Source of the DNA: Ostrea edulis
Lineage: Eukaryota
Direction of reading: 5' to 3'
Assembly (NCBI RefSeq): GCF_947568905.1
Contig: NC_079168.1
Span: 89,776,001 to 89,840,000 of the forward strand
DNA: 64,000 nt
Every line of letters begins with the position of its first letter. Position 1 is the stretch's first letter. Below are positions 1 through 13,500 of this stretch, in pieces. Made by a program: the position numbers and the translations under genes. The notes beneath the pieces were generated by a model. The model was not told the DNA's origin. It made no database searches and saw only the letters and a program-made list of their open reading frames with translations.

Positions 1-122
1 AAGGACATAGGTCTCTCAATGGAGAGGAATTTTATACACTATGAGTTTGCTGGCAGGCTATGAATGGATAGCAAGTAATCAAAATTCAAAGAACGATTAG
101 CCAAAATACAAAACAAATTTAC

Positions 123-2648
123 CAGAGAAGAGTTCTCCTTGAAGGGACAATCCATTATTTTTGCTGGTCTCCAAGATATATCTTGCTGTTGTTTCCTTGT
201 TCAATATTTGAGATGCCATTGCAAGGGCAACAACTCCGCAACTACAATGTACATACTGAGTTACATACCTTTATAATATGTAATACTTACAACAACAGGG
301 AAAATTGATCAATACTGCACTAGCCAAAGTACTGTTTATTAATTTCCATATCATAAATTTCAAATAAGGTCTGATTTTAAAACATGCATTTTCATTACCA
401 TGGCCCATCCTGGAGAATTGGGTGGATAATCTTGTTCGAAGACACGAGAATTTTTGAAGACAAATTAGGTATGTCATTTTCTCTGAAAAGTAATCATACA
501 TGAGTGAACAAGAATATATAAGTATATAAATGAAAACTATATGTACAAGTATCAAAAAATTATTACATTGCCTGTTCTTAATATTTTTAAAATTGCAATA
601 GCAACATTTTATCACAACAACTTTTAATTATGCATGATTCCATTTTCTTACGTTTACTTTGAACTTGAAAAGCAAACATTGTGACCATGGTAATAATGGG
701 CACCAAAACTTAACACATATCCACACATGCACAAGTAAACATGATAAAAATATACCAAATTACATGCCATAGATATGTATAATACTAAATGTCCATTGAA
801 AGGGGAAAGGGCATTGAGAAGGAGTAAATTAGAAAGGCACAAGTAATATATATATTAGTATTAGTTTGTTTAACTATAAAGCAAAAAATAAGGACAGAAA
901 AGAACATCATTATGCATCAGAACATGGTACCAAAGCACATGTCCAAGTTATGTATCATAGTACATGTCTCAAGGCAAAGAAATATAATTGCGTTAAAAAA
1001 AGGTTTTGTGCACGCTTACTCTTGTAAGTACCAAACAGTTCTGCAGCAATACCCCCATTGCTTCAATGTCTGGCTAAAGATCTGCACCCTTCGTAAAATT
1101 CTGGCTTCAGTGTAGCTTGAAGTAGCAAACTGGTCAGCCTAATTCATCCATTATAGCCAAGTTCTTAAATATCCTTCAAGGCCAGCCTTGTGGTCCATAT
1201 GGAATATCCACGACGGAAACTGAGAGCAGACACAACTAGATGCATACTTTGTGGGATTGTTGAATGCATTGGTACATTAGAAGAATCACTAGTACATTAG
1301 ATACCCTTAATTTGGCACACAGTAAGGGATCTAGCAATGTGGATCTGAATTTAACGCGTTATGGACAAATATAAGTTTTTTCAATGCAGCCATAGGGCTA
1401 ATCTTGGCTGAGATTCGGCTTGGCTGAATATTTGGACTGACGCCTTCACCGAATCTCGGAGCAGTCCTTCAAAATTCATGTCTGGAAATCTACTTTCAGC
1501 TTTGGCCGGTTCTAGCAATTAATGTGCACTTGGGTGACACTACTGTTCGCTTCAAATAAGTGATTTACAAAGTGGCATACTTTGTGAGCAGTGGAACAAG
1601 CAACGTGAAATTTCGGAATTGAATAGTTTTTGACTGCTAAAAAGTAACAACCTCTCCACACTCAGGCTGTTGGACTTGCCCTATACACGGGTAGCATTAT
1701 CTTGTACAACTGACAATATAGCAAGATCACAACACATGCCATAAAAGGTCCTGTAAGTTTAATGAGTTTCCAGTTAGGTGGATGTCTGCTGTGTCCAAAA
1801 TTTCAGTGCCAGTTTGCGAATCACCTGATGTCCAACATACCCCCTGCAGAGTCTGCAGAATAATCCATTATTTGTTATGGGTTCTTAAAACCCATTAGTT
1901 TGACAAATCAATCTGCACTACACAAAATCGTCTTTTCAAAGACATGTGATATGCAATACAATGTACATTCACATCAGCAAACTTACACATAAATGCTATA
2001 TACTAAGTTTGGCCCTGCCCTGGAGTCAGAACCCCTACTCTGGGGATCATGAAATTTACAATTTTGGTAGAGGCCTTCCTGCTCTACATCACTATGCATT
2101 TATTTTTTCTTACACATGTGCAGTTTTAGAGAATTTTTTTTTTTTAAATTGGTCAATTTTGGGCAGTTTTTGCCCCATACCTAGGGCCCAAGGGGGGGGG
2201 GGGCAGGAATCCTGAAATTTACAGTTTATGTCTCCCTTGTCCCAAAGATGCTTCATACCAAATTTGAAAAGAATTGGAATAGTAATTATCAAGAAGAAGT
2301 TAAAAATGTTCAATTGTTAACACATGACAGCGGATGACAACCAATTGCAATAGGTCACAGTCTTCACAAAAACTCAGTGGTCCGAAGTCCGATGGGTTTG
2401 TAGACTTTTGAAAGTTACATTAGATATAATATTGGATTTAGATATTTGCATAAATTTATTGCATTGTCCAATTAAAATGAACTTCGTCAATTGCAGTTAT
2501 CTATGATTTTATGCATTTCTATAGTTTATAGAATTAATCAATCGTTTACATTTGATGTTGGTAGATAACTCTACTTCCTAATGTGCACTCGGGCTGTTTT
2601 CAAGTTCGTGAAAAATACCTGAATTAGTCTTGTTTGTTGGTGAAGAGA

Positions 2649-2697
<49 letters not shown>

Positions 2698-5600
2698 CCA
2701 TGTATGGTGTTGTTTTTCTGGTATTGACAAAAAGGACGTCTTAGGATGAATATGATAGAGGTTCAGTAAATTAATTGTACAATTATACAATACATTCCAT
2801 AATGTACATGTATGTGATAAACTTATACTTTGAAAATGGGAGGGCAGTAAATTTCACTGTGGGTCATTGAATTCAGACAGTTCACTGGTCCTACTGGCCA
2901 GCAAGTTTTAATAAATGTTTTCATGAAGACTGAAAATTCCTCAGGGCAACAACTTTTAAAATATGTGACCAAATCCCTCAAAACTAAAACTTGTTCTGCA
3001 TCACTAAAGCAACATACCCTCGGGAATCAAAGCGAAACAAAAAAAACCATCTATGGAGAAAAGTCCGAACAACTGACTGTCAACAGATGGCAAGGCAAAA
3101 GAGATCGAGCCATACCTAAATATAAAAAGAACCCATGACCATAACCACCTATATCGAAATCATGCACAATATCTACTTGAACTGATGCTTCCACTGTAGT
3201 TCTTGCTACTCATCACACAGCATGACGTGTCACATTGTTTACCGCAAGCAAATAGTCACTCCTAGTATAGTCTATATAGCTGTGAAATCACTCGGGGTAA
3301 GCTCACCCTATTTCCAATATGAAGGTTACCATTCAATAAATACCTGGCCTAAGTGAACTTTCTTTAAAAGAAGTTGCATTTTGCATCGATTCCCAGGATG
3401 ACAGACTGACTCTCCAAATATCTAAATGTGTCAAATGGTGATCGAGGAGTACTGATACTTAATAATCAGTTTAGGGTTGCTTGAGATCGCTAGGGTCAAG
3501 GTAGGTTGGCTAAAGGAGATCTAAATGATGTAGCCGTGGTCAAGTATTCAATTTTAAGACAAGTTGATGATGTAAACCAATTTCTTTCTGTATCAGTTAA
3601 ACTCTTTGTATTTTTATATATGCATTATTAGTGCATATGACATCCATTTTCCAACTGTTTTATATCTTTAGATGGAGTAGGTCAAAGCAGCATGGATTTG
3701 GACTAAGAATCAGAGCTTGATGGTGTCTGCATTTGCACCAGTAGCTGTTGATCGAGTTGAACTGATCATGTGGTTTGAGGGTTGTCAGTCTGCATGTGAC
3801 CTACTTTCTGCATCTCGAAGACTAGAACTCTGCTATTTTAAGCATTGTTCCGATGGCCTTTTGTGGCTGTGTATACATGCTTCTATCATGCAAAAATCCA
3901 CTACCAGAGTTGCACACAAAATTCTCCTTGAATTGGAGATGCCTCAACTGTTGTTAAAGCACATAACCACACAGGATGTCACTGAGATTTCTGCAAAAAC
4001 AAATTAGCAATGGATTTTTCTTTATTGTCAACAATATATACCCATCATGTGAGATTTTTCTGCCTTGCATGCAGATGTAATTGTGACATCATACAATTTC
4101 TAGATATAGTGTTACACAGGGAAGTATAATATTTTGCATTGTTTTCTTTAAATTTCAATCCAAAAGACTTTGTGAGCTTAAAAAGTTTTGAGAGAATTTC
4201 TTGGGCTTTTAGTTTACATATAACAGTATAAACCATTTTCAGGTATGTTTTTTTGGTCTGCCTATACTATACAGTTTTCACATTTGAGTTAAAATAAAAG
4301 TCTGATAATTTTAAACCATCTCAGACTTCATGAAAGAATATCTACTGAACTGTGGGGAAAATGTGAGAAAACTAATCCTCCATTACTCATGTTATTTACT
4401 TTATGTAGTTGGGATTGGGAAATTCCAACTCTACAACAAGACTTGTTGAACTCATCTTCGCTAGCCAAGGGTAACACTGCTTTTGAAGAGAGAAACACAG
4501 TGGAACATCATGCACCCTTGGCTAGCGAAGATGTGTTGAACAAAGTAAAGCCTTGTCTAAGATTTTGAACAAATCTTGTCTTCATGGTGGAATTTGGGTT
4601 GTACTGTTGAAGAATTTTATGGCTACACATATTCAAATGATCTTTATTAAATTAACACAATTGGTTTTGATTTTTACTTCGTACATTAAAAATCTCACGA
4701 CAGTCAGATGTATAGCAAGAATTTGAGCAACTCTTTGTAAAACATGTTACCATAAAGTTCAAAATATCATTATTTATATGTACAAAGTGGTTTTAGTGAT
4801 GATATGCACTATCACAAACCTGGATTGATGGTATCATAAAACAATTGACAGTACTGCATGATGGAAGAAAATAAATTACACAAACATCTTGCATGTAAAC
4901 AGAATTATTTGTAAATTGCAATAAAAAAAAATTCCTATCATTCTTGGAACTTAGGAAACATTTAAAGCAGACAAAAACATGAATCATAATTCAGGTGTGC
5001 CAACTATTTTAACTATCAAAAATATGAATTAAGTATGACTTCTAATTTACGTTGCATGGTACGTACTTATATATTATGTACTGAGAGGAAGTGGAACATA
5101 TATGTTACATATATCAAAAAACAAATTCTACTGGCTCAAGCTTCATTATGCCTGAGCATGCATTCGATTAGAGGGTGGTAGACCTGTTATATGAATTCCA
5201 AGGATGGGGAAAGATGAAATAATTCTGGTACATGCATGGTGTGAATTATTATTAATTTATAGGACATTTAACAACAGCTTACAATTACTATATTCTGGGA
5301 AAACAGGTTAATTTATATATTTCTAATTGGTTTGTCATAAAAACAATTTTTTAAAAAGTTGATGCGACAGAATCACATTTGTCTCAATTAAGTTAATTCT
5401 AGTATTGTAACATAATTAATACTCTCAGAGTTTTGATGGATCATGAATTTTGGCTGAAATTTACGTACAATATGTCATCCATGGGGTTAACCATTTATTG
5501 CATGATTTGGGTTGATCAAATAATCATCTAAGAGGATCGAACCGTCTCCCTACATCAACTCCGTCAAATTTTGATATTTATAATTAGAAGACATTTATCA

Positions 5601-5776
5601 AACATAACTTACATAATGACTTTGAGGTTTCTTCTGAGCTGTTTGTTACTGTTATCAGACGGCTCCTGTGGTACCATCAATACTGCCCCCACTATATTCT
5701 TCAGATTGCAGGCGTTATTGGGGGGAACAAGAGTTGGAGGGGGAGGAGGGGCTGGTGGTGGGCCCTCACAAGACAT
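123..5776 (-). CDS. ACTMAP: Actin maturation protease (ACTMAP/C19orf54/UPF0692)-like, 5' part; exons 5776-5613, 482-399, 241-123; the gene continues past the left edge
   Basis: The GT-AG exons join in frame: MSCEGPPPAPPPPPTLVPP...KVII|ENDIPNLSSKILVSSNKIIHPILQDGPC|CGVVALAMASQILNKETTARYILETSKNNGLSLQGELFS. This matches the family pattern of a Pro-rich N-terminus, then 'QEGPQCGLVALWMA' and 'QGEMFS'. Not called in the ORF track. Confidence 0.85.
1945..2367 (+). mobile_element. Pearl/HINE-like non-autonomous element fragment
   Basis: Highly similar to 11770-12075 (gccctggagtcagaacccctac...aaatttgaaaagaattggaat...gaagaagtt); ends with gacagcggatgacaaccaattgcaataggtcac. Confidence 0.7.
2651..2694. 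repeat. (GA)n microsatellite
   Basis: Direct run of GA dinucleotides. Confidence 0.97.
4444..4541. mobile_element. ~80-bp MITE with a 20-bp perfect TIR and an 8-bp flanking direct repeat
   Basis: catcttcgctagccaagggt (4453-4472) is the exact reverse complement of acccttggctagcgaagatg (4514-4533). tgttgaac flanks both sides (4444-4451, 4534-4541). Confidence 0.7.
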
Positions 5777-6360
5777 CGTCAGGGACTGTTTAATTCATCT
5801 TCAGTCGTGTTCACCTGCATTCAAATGTCTGAATAATCGCTGCGTAATCTGACATTAAATTGTGATCATCATAAGGGCACCAAAATGTCCAAATTCGGCT
5901 TTCCTAAAATGAAAGTAGATCCTAGGCGGAAGCATGCTAACTCGTACCCTGACTAACTAATACCCTGGTCATCTTGTACCAAGATCCATACATCTAGCTT
6001 TCGTGTGTACATAACATGTGTTGGACAACACCCAGTATAGCGTTAACTGACCCTGGCAATTAGTTCAGGTTTCAAGTAGTGCATGACAAAGGTCAAACAA
6101 TATTTGAAACTAAATTTTAATTTGGGTCCCATATATGAAAATTAATACAATTGGGTTAGGGTTAGTCTCAGAATAGCATGTAAAGTCACTGTATCTCTTA
6201 TCAGCTCCATAAGGCACGAGAAAATAAAAAAAAACATTTGATTTTGTCTGGCATATTCATGCAGTGCATGGCGTACTGCATGCATTTATAAGCACCCACT
6301 TCGATCCCTAATCAAAAGCACATTTTTTTTAATGGGACAGAGAGCAATATAAGGTATAGG

Positions 6361-6361
<1 letters not shown>

Positions 6362-6418
<57 letters not shown>
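6362..6418. repeat. (GT)n microsatellite
   Basis: Direct run of GT dinucleotides. Confidence 0.97.
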
Positions 6419-6420
<2 letters not shown>

Positions 6421-6604
6421 TCATATAATGTGCGTGCTTCTTTGACAATTATGTAAATAATTAAAGTGAATCTAATTGAAAATGGAATTAAATCATTTGG
6501 TTTTCTTGGTTATATGCCAAAGGTGAAGGTCAATGAAATTTTGAAATTCATTGTAACAAGATTTAAGTTTATTCAAATTTCCCCCCATACTTTCAATAAT
6601 GAAA

Positions 6605-6985
6605 ACTTGTGTAACAGGAAGGGAGAAAATGTAACAGACCAGACCGGGATTCGAACCTGTGCCCCAGGGATCTCCAATCAGGTGCTCTACTGAGCTATCT
6701 GGTCACTGTCAATCAAACCCGGCTAACCACTATGTTCCTCCCTTCTTAATTAAATGTCTTCACACTTGAAGACATCATGAACCCAGATTCTTTTTGCCCT
6801 TGATAGAACTTTCACCTGCAAGTCTCGGGGTGGTCAACGGCACCAAATGCAACCAGAAGGGAAAAAATGCAACGGACCAGCTAGACTGGGATTTTAACCT
6901 GGATTGTCGTGGAATCTCCAGTCAGGTGCTCTACCAACTGAACTACTGGCCACCAGCAATCGAACCCGGCTGACCGCTACACTTG
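6605..6985 (-). mobile_element. Tandem pair of tRNA-derived SINE-like units
   Basis: Two units on the minus strand, each with an A-box-like (tag(c/t)tcagt(tgg)tagagcac) and a B-box-like (ggttcgaatccc / ggttaaaatccc) segment, followed by a shared tail ctggtc(c/t)gtt(g/a)cattt...cccttc. Confidence 0.7.
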
Positions 6986-7225
6986 GTTTCCCTTGAGGTA
7001 AGTAAAGTGGAAATTCCTAACTTTCTTGTTTCTCATATCAACAGTTCTTGCAGGAATCCAATATCCAACATTGCAGCTCCCTTGTTCAATCGATGACATG
7101 CATTCTAACCGTATTGTGAAACTGTGCACTGTATTTTTAAAATAACTTAAAGGTGCATTTCTGACATCAAGCAAATTCTAAAATCTTAAGCTTCACATAC
7201 CAGCGAAATATCCACATACTAATTG

Positions 7226-7231
7226 TTTATT
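7226..7231 (-). terminator. Candidate polyadenylation signal of the JmjC/EF-hand gene
   Basis: AATAAA on the minus strand ~310 nt downstream of the stop codon. Confidence 0.4.
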
Positions 7232-7541
7232 ATACATGTACTGTCAATCACATATATATCTTTCATTTACAAGTTTTAAATGGACATCCAAACAAATATA
7301 ACTCACCACATGGAATGAACAAGGATAAAACATTAACTTCTGAATTATATATACTGATGTCCTATACATGAAATAATACTAAACACAAAATTAATGCGGT
7401 TAACTCAAATGCATCAGCAAACATAACACACATCAAATTGAAATATAATATCTCTGAATATGTTTGGAATGGGTCCATGGAATGTCACAGAAAAAAGATG
7501 GCACCATTTGGATGTAGTGTAAGAAGGCACAATGATGTTTA

Positions 7542-10500
7542 TCACAGTTCCTCATGTTGGTTTCTTACGGGTTCCTCCTCCATGATCAAATTTCCATCAT
7601 CTGCCAACTCTATTAATCTCTCTTTCACAAGGTCATCAGGAGTTTTTATGGAAGACTGTGACCTGCCATCTTCAACCTTTTCACTTTCAGAAACATCTAC
7701 AGTGATTGGGTCCGGATCCTCCCCTATATTTACACTCTCATGCTCTGCCTCCTCAAAGTTGGTGACTCCACCAGTTATATTGGAGATTATTTTAGTGAAC
7801 AGTTTTGGATAATTGTCTATAGCAGATTCTATATCCATTGTCATTAGTTCTTCCCAAGTTAACACTTTGTTACCATCTGTATCAATTAAGGAGAACACCT
7901 AAAATAATCACAACATTGTTTAATGTACATGTAAACACTAAATTAAGGAGATCAAATTGACATACAGGTTATTCAAATGCCGATAATTAATTCTCTTCTT
8001 GTTACATTGTAAAGGATGAAATACAAAAGAAATGAAAAAAACATACCTCAAACAGTAAAACTGGTATGCCATTGATTTTTCAATACATGTATTACAAATG
8101 ACTAAGAAACTGGCCTAAAATTACACTGCCGTATCTTACACGTACCTCATTCAGACTGCCCACATCCTCCTTTGTAATGGATGGGATTTCTCTCTGAATG
8201 TAATCACTGAATGAACGTTTGTAGAAACTCATAACATCCCCGAAAAGTTCCAAAAACAACATCCTGCAGAGACAGACACACTAAGATCGATCAACATGAC
8301 TGTTTAGTTATATGTTGCCCAGTAGTCCACACTTGTGGTTAATTACTTTCACATTCATTAAACATTAATATTCCATACTAATTCTCATGATAACCTAAAT
8401 TCAAAATTATCCGCTGTACTTATTTCTTGCTATAAAGACAAGGTTACTACAGCATATCCTTTAGAAATAATCCAGCCTAATGTAAAATAAACACAGCAGA
8501 TAACAAATTCAAGGCATCATACTTTTCTTAACAATCCCAGGGACAAGTCTCCAGCTTAACTTTTGGGATGAGAACATTAAAATCTATACATGTACCTGGA
8601 CTCCATTTCTGGGTCTGCTTTCTTTATAGTAGACAGAGGAACACTAGAGTTTTGGAACGGATCCACATCATCGCATTCAGAGCTGTTAAACCAGGGCAAA
8701 TGGTGGAACCAGAAATTGACTGCTAGGTTCCTCCCAGGTTTAGAATCCACAAAATGCAACCACCTGAGGAGGAAATGGTGTAGAAATTTACAGATATTCA
8801 TTAATTAAATGCATGTATCTTTGACTAATACAAAATGCACAAATATTGTGCAATTTATCAATATTATACTGGATTATAATATTGATTTGATTATTTACAC
8901 ACAATTTTACAAGATGTTTTAAATGAAGTCATTATAAGGAACTAAACTAATATTTTCTGATCAAGGTGCTCTTTATTTTGATATTTGTCCTGATTTTATG
9001 AAATTAAATGCTATATCATGACTCACTTGTACGGGATAAATAAACAGTCCCCCTTACTGATGGTTATACGACTGTATGGAACATTGTGGAGTTGTGGAAA
9101 CTTGGTCATATCCACCGACTCCACGTCTACTGTACTGTATCCACCATCCTCTTTCCACCCGTCTGCCATCACCATATCGCCATACTTCTATAAAGGATGA
9201 ATTGTTATCTATGTAATAGCAATTTCAAAAACAGACATCCAACACCACCAGAATTTATTATTAGGTCATCCATTGCTTCAAATCTAATCTAATTTACATA
9301 TATATACCAAACAACATTGGATCCAGTCTTACACTTAGCAAATAACTCTTTTCATTTGTTATTTGTGACCGTTAATGCTGATATAACGGTCTGAAACAGA
9401 TTTTTATCAGTAATGTGTTAGCAGAGCCAGTAAAATGGGTGTTTGTGACTGTTAAATCACCATTAAAGAGACATATGCATAGACACGATTTGAGCCGAAA
9501 ATTTTCAAATTTTATTTTTCCATTTTTAATGCTTAGAATTATTTCTAATGGTTAGCAAAAACTTGAATATCAATTGTCAAGGTATATGAGAGATACAGAG
9601 CTCACAATTCTTTGTAATGTAAACAGGGCTCGTGCCATGGTTTTGTTTACATAGGTTAAATATACTAGTAAAAGTTTCATTTAAAGCAGATTTTTTCAAT
9701 TCACAATTAATTCTAAATACAATTAAATAGTTTTTAGTGTTTGGCACATCTCATTTTGTTTTAAACATGCCATTTTCTATCATTTCATCTACTTGACAAT
9801 GTATATGTAAACAAAAACATGGCATGAGCCTTGTTTACATTACAAGATCTTGTCACAAAGAATACAAATATGTAATACGAGAGCCCGGGCCATCACTCAC
9901 CACTCAAAAGTTATGAGCAAGGTTCAGGTTTTAGACAGACAGGACAAAAACAGTACACCCCAAACCCCAACTTTAGTCATGGCACTGCACAAAAACTCTC
10001 AAAGTGTAGAAAAATGTGTATCAAAGTAGGAAATATTGTTTTAGATACTGTTAAAACGGCCAAACTTCTTGGTGTACAAATAGATGAATGTCTAACCTGG
10101 TCTGTACACATTGATTCTTTATGTAAGAAACTTTCACAGAAAATAGGCATTTTACGTCGTCTGCAAACTTTTATGTCAAATGCAGCATTATTGAAAATTT
10201 ATAACACTGTTATATTTCCTCATTTTAACTATTGTTGCACAGTTTGGTGCTCAGCCAAAAACAGGGTTTTTATTGACAGACTTTTTTTAAGTTACAGAAA
10301 AGGGCAGCCAGAATTATATTGAAGGTGAAAGTAACTCAGACTTCTACAGCTGATATTTTTAGTGTTCTTAAATGGATGCCTGTTCATGATTATTTTGTAT
10401 ATAGAAAACTAGTGCTTGCTTTTAAGGTTCTTAATAACATGACACCAGAATATATGAACGTTTTTAATTTTGTCAGCCAAGTTAGTTCCAGAACAACAAG

Positions 10501-13500
10501 AAGTAGCGATAGTGGCATTTTATATTTACCAAAAGTTCGAACTGAATATTATAAACGGTCTTTTAAGGTATCCTCCACAATTTTATGGAATCAGTTGCCC
10601 AAGTCTGTCAGAAGCTGTGGTTCTATTACATCTTTTAAATCAGCATATTTGCAGCATTATTTCTCAAATAAGTGATATATAGATATGATGTATATATATG
10701 TGTATATGTTTATTTTTCCCCCAGTGATATCGTGTGTGTATTTTATGTATATATTTTATATTATGTTATCTATTTTTCTATTCTCTCATTTATCTGTCTG
10801 TGAATATGTTTTATACAGGACCACAATGTAAACTAGTCATTTGTACTAATTGTGCTATCCTGTCTAAATAAAAGAATTTATTATTATTATTATTATGGTG
10901 GCACCGAAAAAATTAATCAGCACAACTTAGGAACATTTGTATTTGACATGATTTAGTGTGGTCCTGCTAATCTTGAAAAGAATTTGTTTTAATTTCCTGT
11001 TTATTCCCATATCCTACTTTGATCTCCTATTATGGCCCCACCAAACCTCTGCGGCCCCTGAATTGGACAAACTTAAATTTGCACTACCTGAAGATGCTTG
11101 CATATCAATATGACCAATCATGGCCCTGCTATTCTTGAAAAGAAGATTTCTAAAGATGTTTCTCTATATATTCCCATACAAGAGGCCCACAGGCCTTACA
11201 CGGTCACCTGAGTACTAGTGAAAAAGTATCACTACTCCCAAGGGCTATGAAATCTAGAAAAGATTTCCTGTTCTGAATATCTAAGCTAAATTCTAATGTT
11301 TAGCAACAGTATACAACAAATGTGTTCTTAAAACTTCACTGCCCTCAAAGTGCATACACTGATGAAAGACTTTGCATAATATAATAGGTGTATTAACATT
11401 AAAACATATAACTAATTTGGTTCTATCCTAAAGTCATAACCCTGGGATGTGCAATTCACCACTTTTTGTACCTCCTTTTCTGCTATTCCTAAGTATGCAT
11501 TTAGATTTTATACAGTATCAGCAAACTTACACATACATACCATACACTAAGTTTGGCCCCTCCCTGGGGTCAGAACCCTTACCCTGGGGATCATCAAATT
11601 TACAATTTTTAAAGGATTACCCTGGGGTCAGAACCCCTACTCCAGGGACAATCAAATTTACATTTTTGGTAAAGGATTACCTGCTCTTTTTAAATATCCA
11701 TTTAGTTTCAATTTAGTATCAATAAAACTAAAGAAGATGTTATTTAAGTGTTTTTACACATAAACACTATATCGTAAGATTGGATTGGCCCCGCCCTGGA
11801 GTCAGAACCCCTACCCCGGGGATCATATAATTTACAATTTTGGTAGAGGCCTTCCTGTTCTACATCACTAAGCATTTAGTTTTTCTTAAACATGTGCGGT
11901 TCTAAAGAAGAAGATTTTTGAAAAATGGTCAATTTAGGGCAGTTTTTGCCCCACCCTAAAGCCCTAGGGGTGCAGGAATCCTGAAATTTATAATTTATGT
12001 CCCCCTTGTACCAAAGATGCTTCATATCAAATTTGAAAAGAATTGGAATGATAGTCATCAAAAAGAAGTTAACAAGAGGCCCATAGGCCACATCACTCAC
12101 CCGAGATACCTTGGCCCATATTTAAAGATTTGACAGTTGCAAACTGAGGCATTAGCAGAGCTGGTAAAATGGAGTTGGCGACAGTCAAATAAGCATAAAC
12201 AGTTCCAAATTACAAATGAGAAAAGAGTTATTCCCGAATTACAGTGTTAAGTGTATTACATTTTAAACTCACCACCTACAAAGATATATCGGATTAATGA
12301 AGACTTAAAATGACTCCACTTCATACTTCCAACTATCATGTCCACAGACTTGACCAACCCAATACTATTAGATATAAGGATTGTTAGTGACTGTCAGAAA
12401 TATATTAGGCCGAGCAAGCCCATCCCCAAGCTGTCTGTGGGCTTAATCTACCCAATGTATTTCTGTAAACAGTCAGTAATTTAGTCAAGGATCATACCAC
12501 AATAGACAATTTATGATATCTACAAACCTAAATTTCAGTAGCATCTGCCACATTGTCATCAAAATTTTTGTCTCAAACCTTGTCAATGAGGAGGATGTCT
12601 TTTTTTCCATCCAACAAACAGTTGATGTTATCCAGCAGATCACGATGTAGGTGGGACTTGGTGCCACCACTACTAAACCACATAACCACTGTCTCTAAAA
12701 GATTCTGGAAGCCACCACATTGCAAACTTAGGGGCAGATTCATATCCTCTACAAAAATTTATCATAATTCAAAACGTAACATTTGTGAAGGATTGGAGAT
12801 ATTTATGGTCTATTGTCTCTTTATACAAAAAGAATTGATCACCACAAACTGCATCAAACTGGTCTATAATATCAACATTATGTTTGTGTCTATTACTATT
12901 TTACATTTTATGAAAAGGCTTGCAACAGTTTTACAAATGGAGGCAATGTTGTTTTCCAAAGATTTTTTTTAAATATACTCCTCCATGAAATATCCTTGAA
13001 TCAACAACATAATCATAAAAGAACTTCCACATTAGCTTTGCCCTCTGAACTTGTCATTCCAGGGATCATGATTTATTTTGAAACCCTCTTAATTTTCTTG
13101 TGTTAGAAGTGAACATTGCCATTATATAAAAAAGTTATACAATCAACACCGAGGGTCACATTATATGTATGGTGATGTACCATATATTGATATGTGTCAT
13201 TTTGGCAAGTTAGAAATGTGGGGATTTATTTATTTATTTATTTTTTTATTTTTTCGGCAGATGAAAAACATTTGCCAAAAATAAAGTACCAAAATTCCCA
13301 TTCATGTGTTAAAAGAAATTTTGCCAAAAAATAAATGCCAAGATTTATAATTACTATTCTATTAGCAAAAATTGTGCCAAATATTCCCATCGCCAAAATG
13401 ATACAATAGCTGACATCATCCACAAAGTAGCCACACACTTTTCATGTCAGGTGTTAGATCGAAGACTTGGTAGATATTCTGCGTCTGATAGAGGTGTAGA

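Noticed and set aside
1-122. Next ACTMAP exon at the left edge
   Set aside because: All three candidate acceptors lead to stops within a few codons; the next exon is probably outside the window.
900-1900. Slightly GC-richer stretch in ACTMAP intron 1 that might be decayed coding or transposon sequence
   Set aside because: The frames I translated contain frequent stops and no recognisable motif; needs BLASTX.
3717-4007. 96-aa plus-strand ORF and a minus-strand acceptor-like site
   Set aside because: No domain pattern; all three minus-strand frames after the acceptor close quickly.
5571-5852. Plus-strand Gly-rich ORF (GGGGGAGGGP)
   Set aside because: Antisense shadow of the polyproline ACTMAP exon 1.
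7438-7812. 124-aa Ser-rich plus-strand ORF
   Set aside because: Antisense shadow of the JmjC terminal exon.
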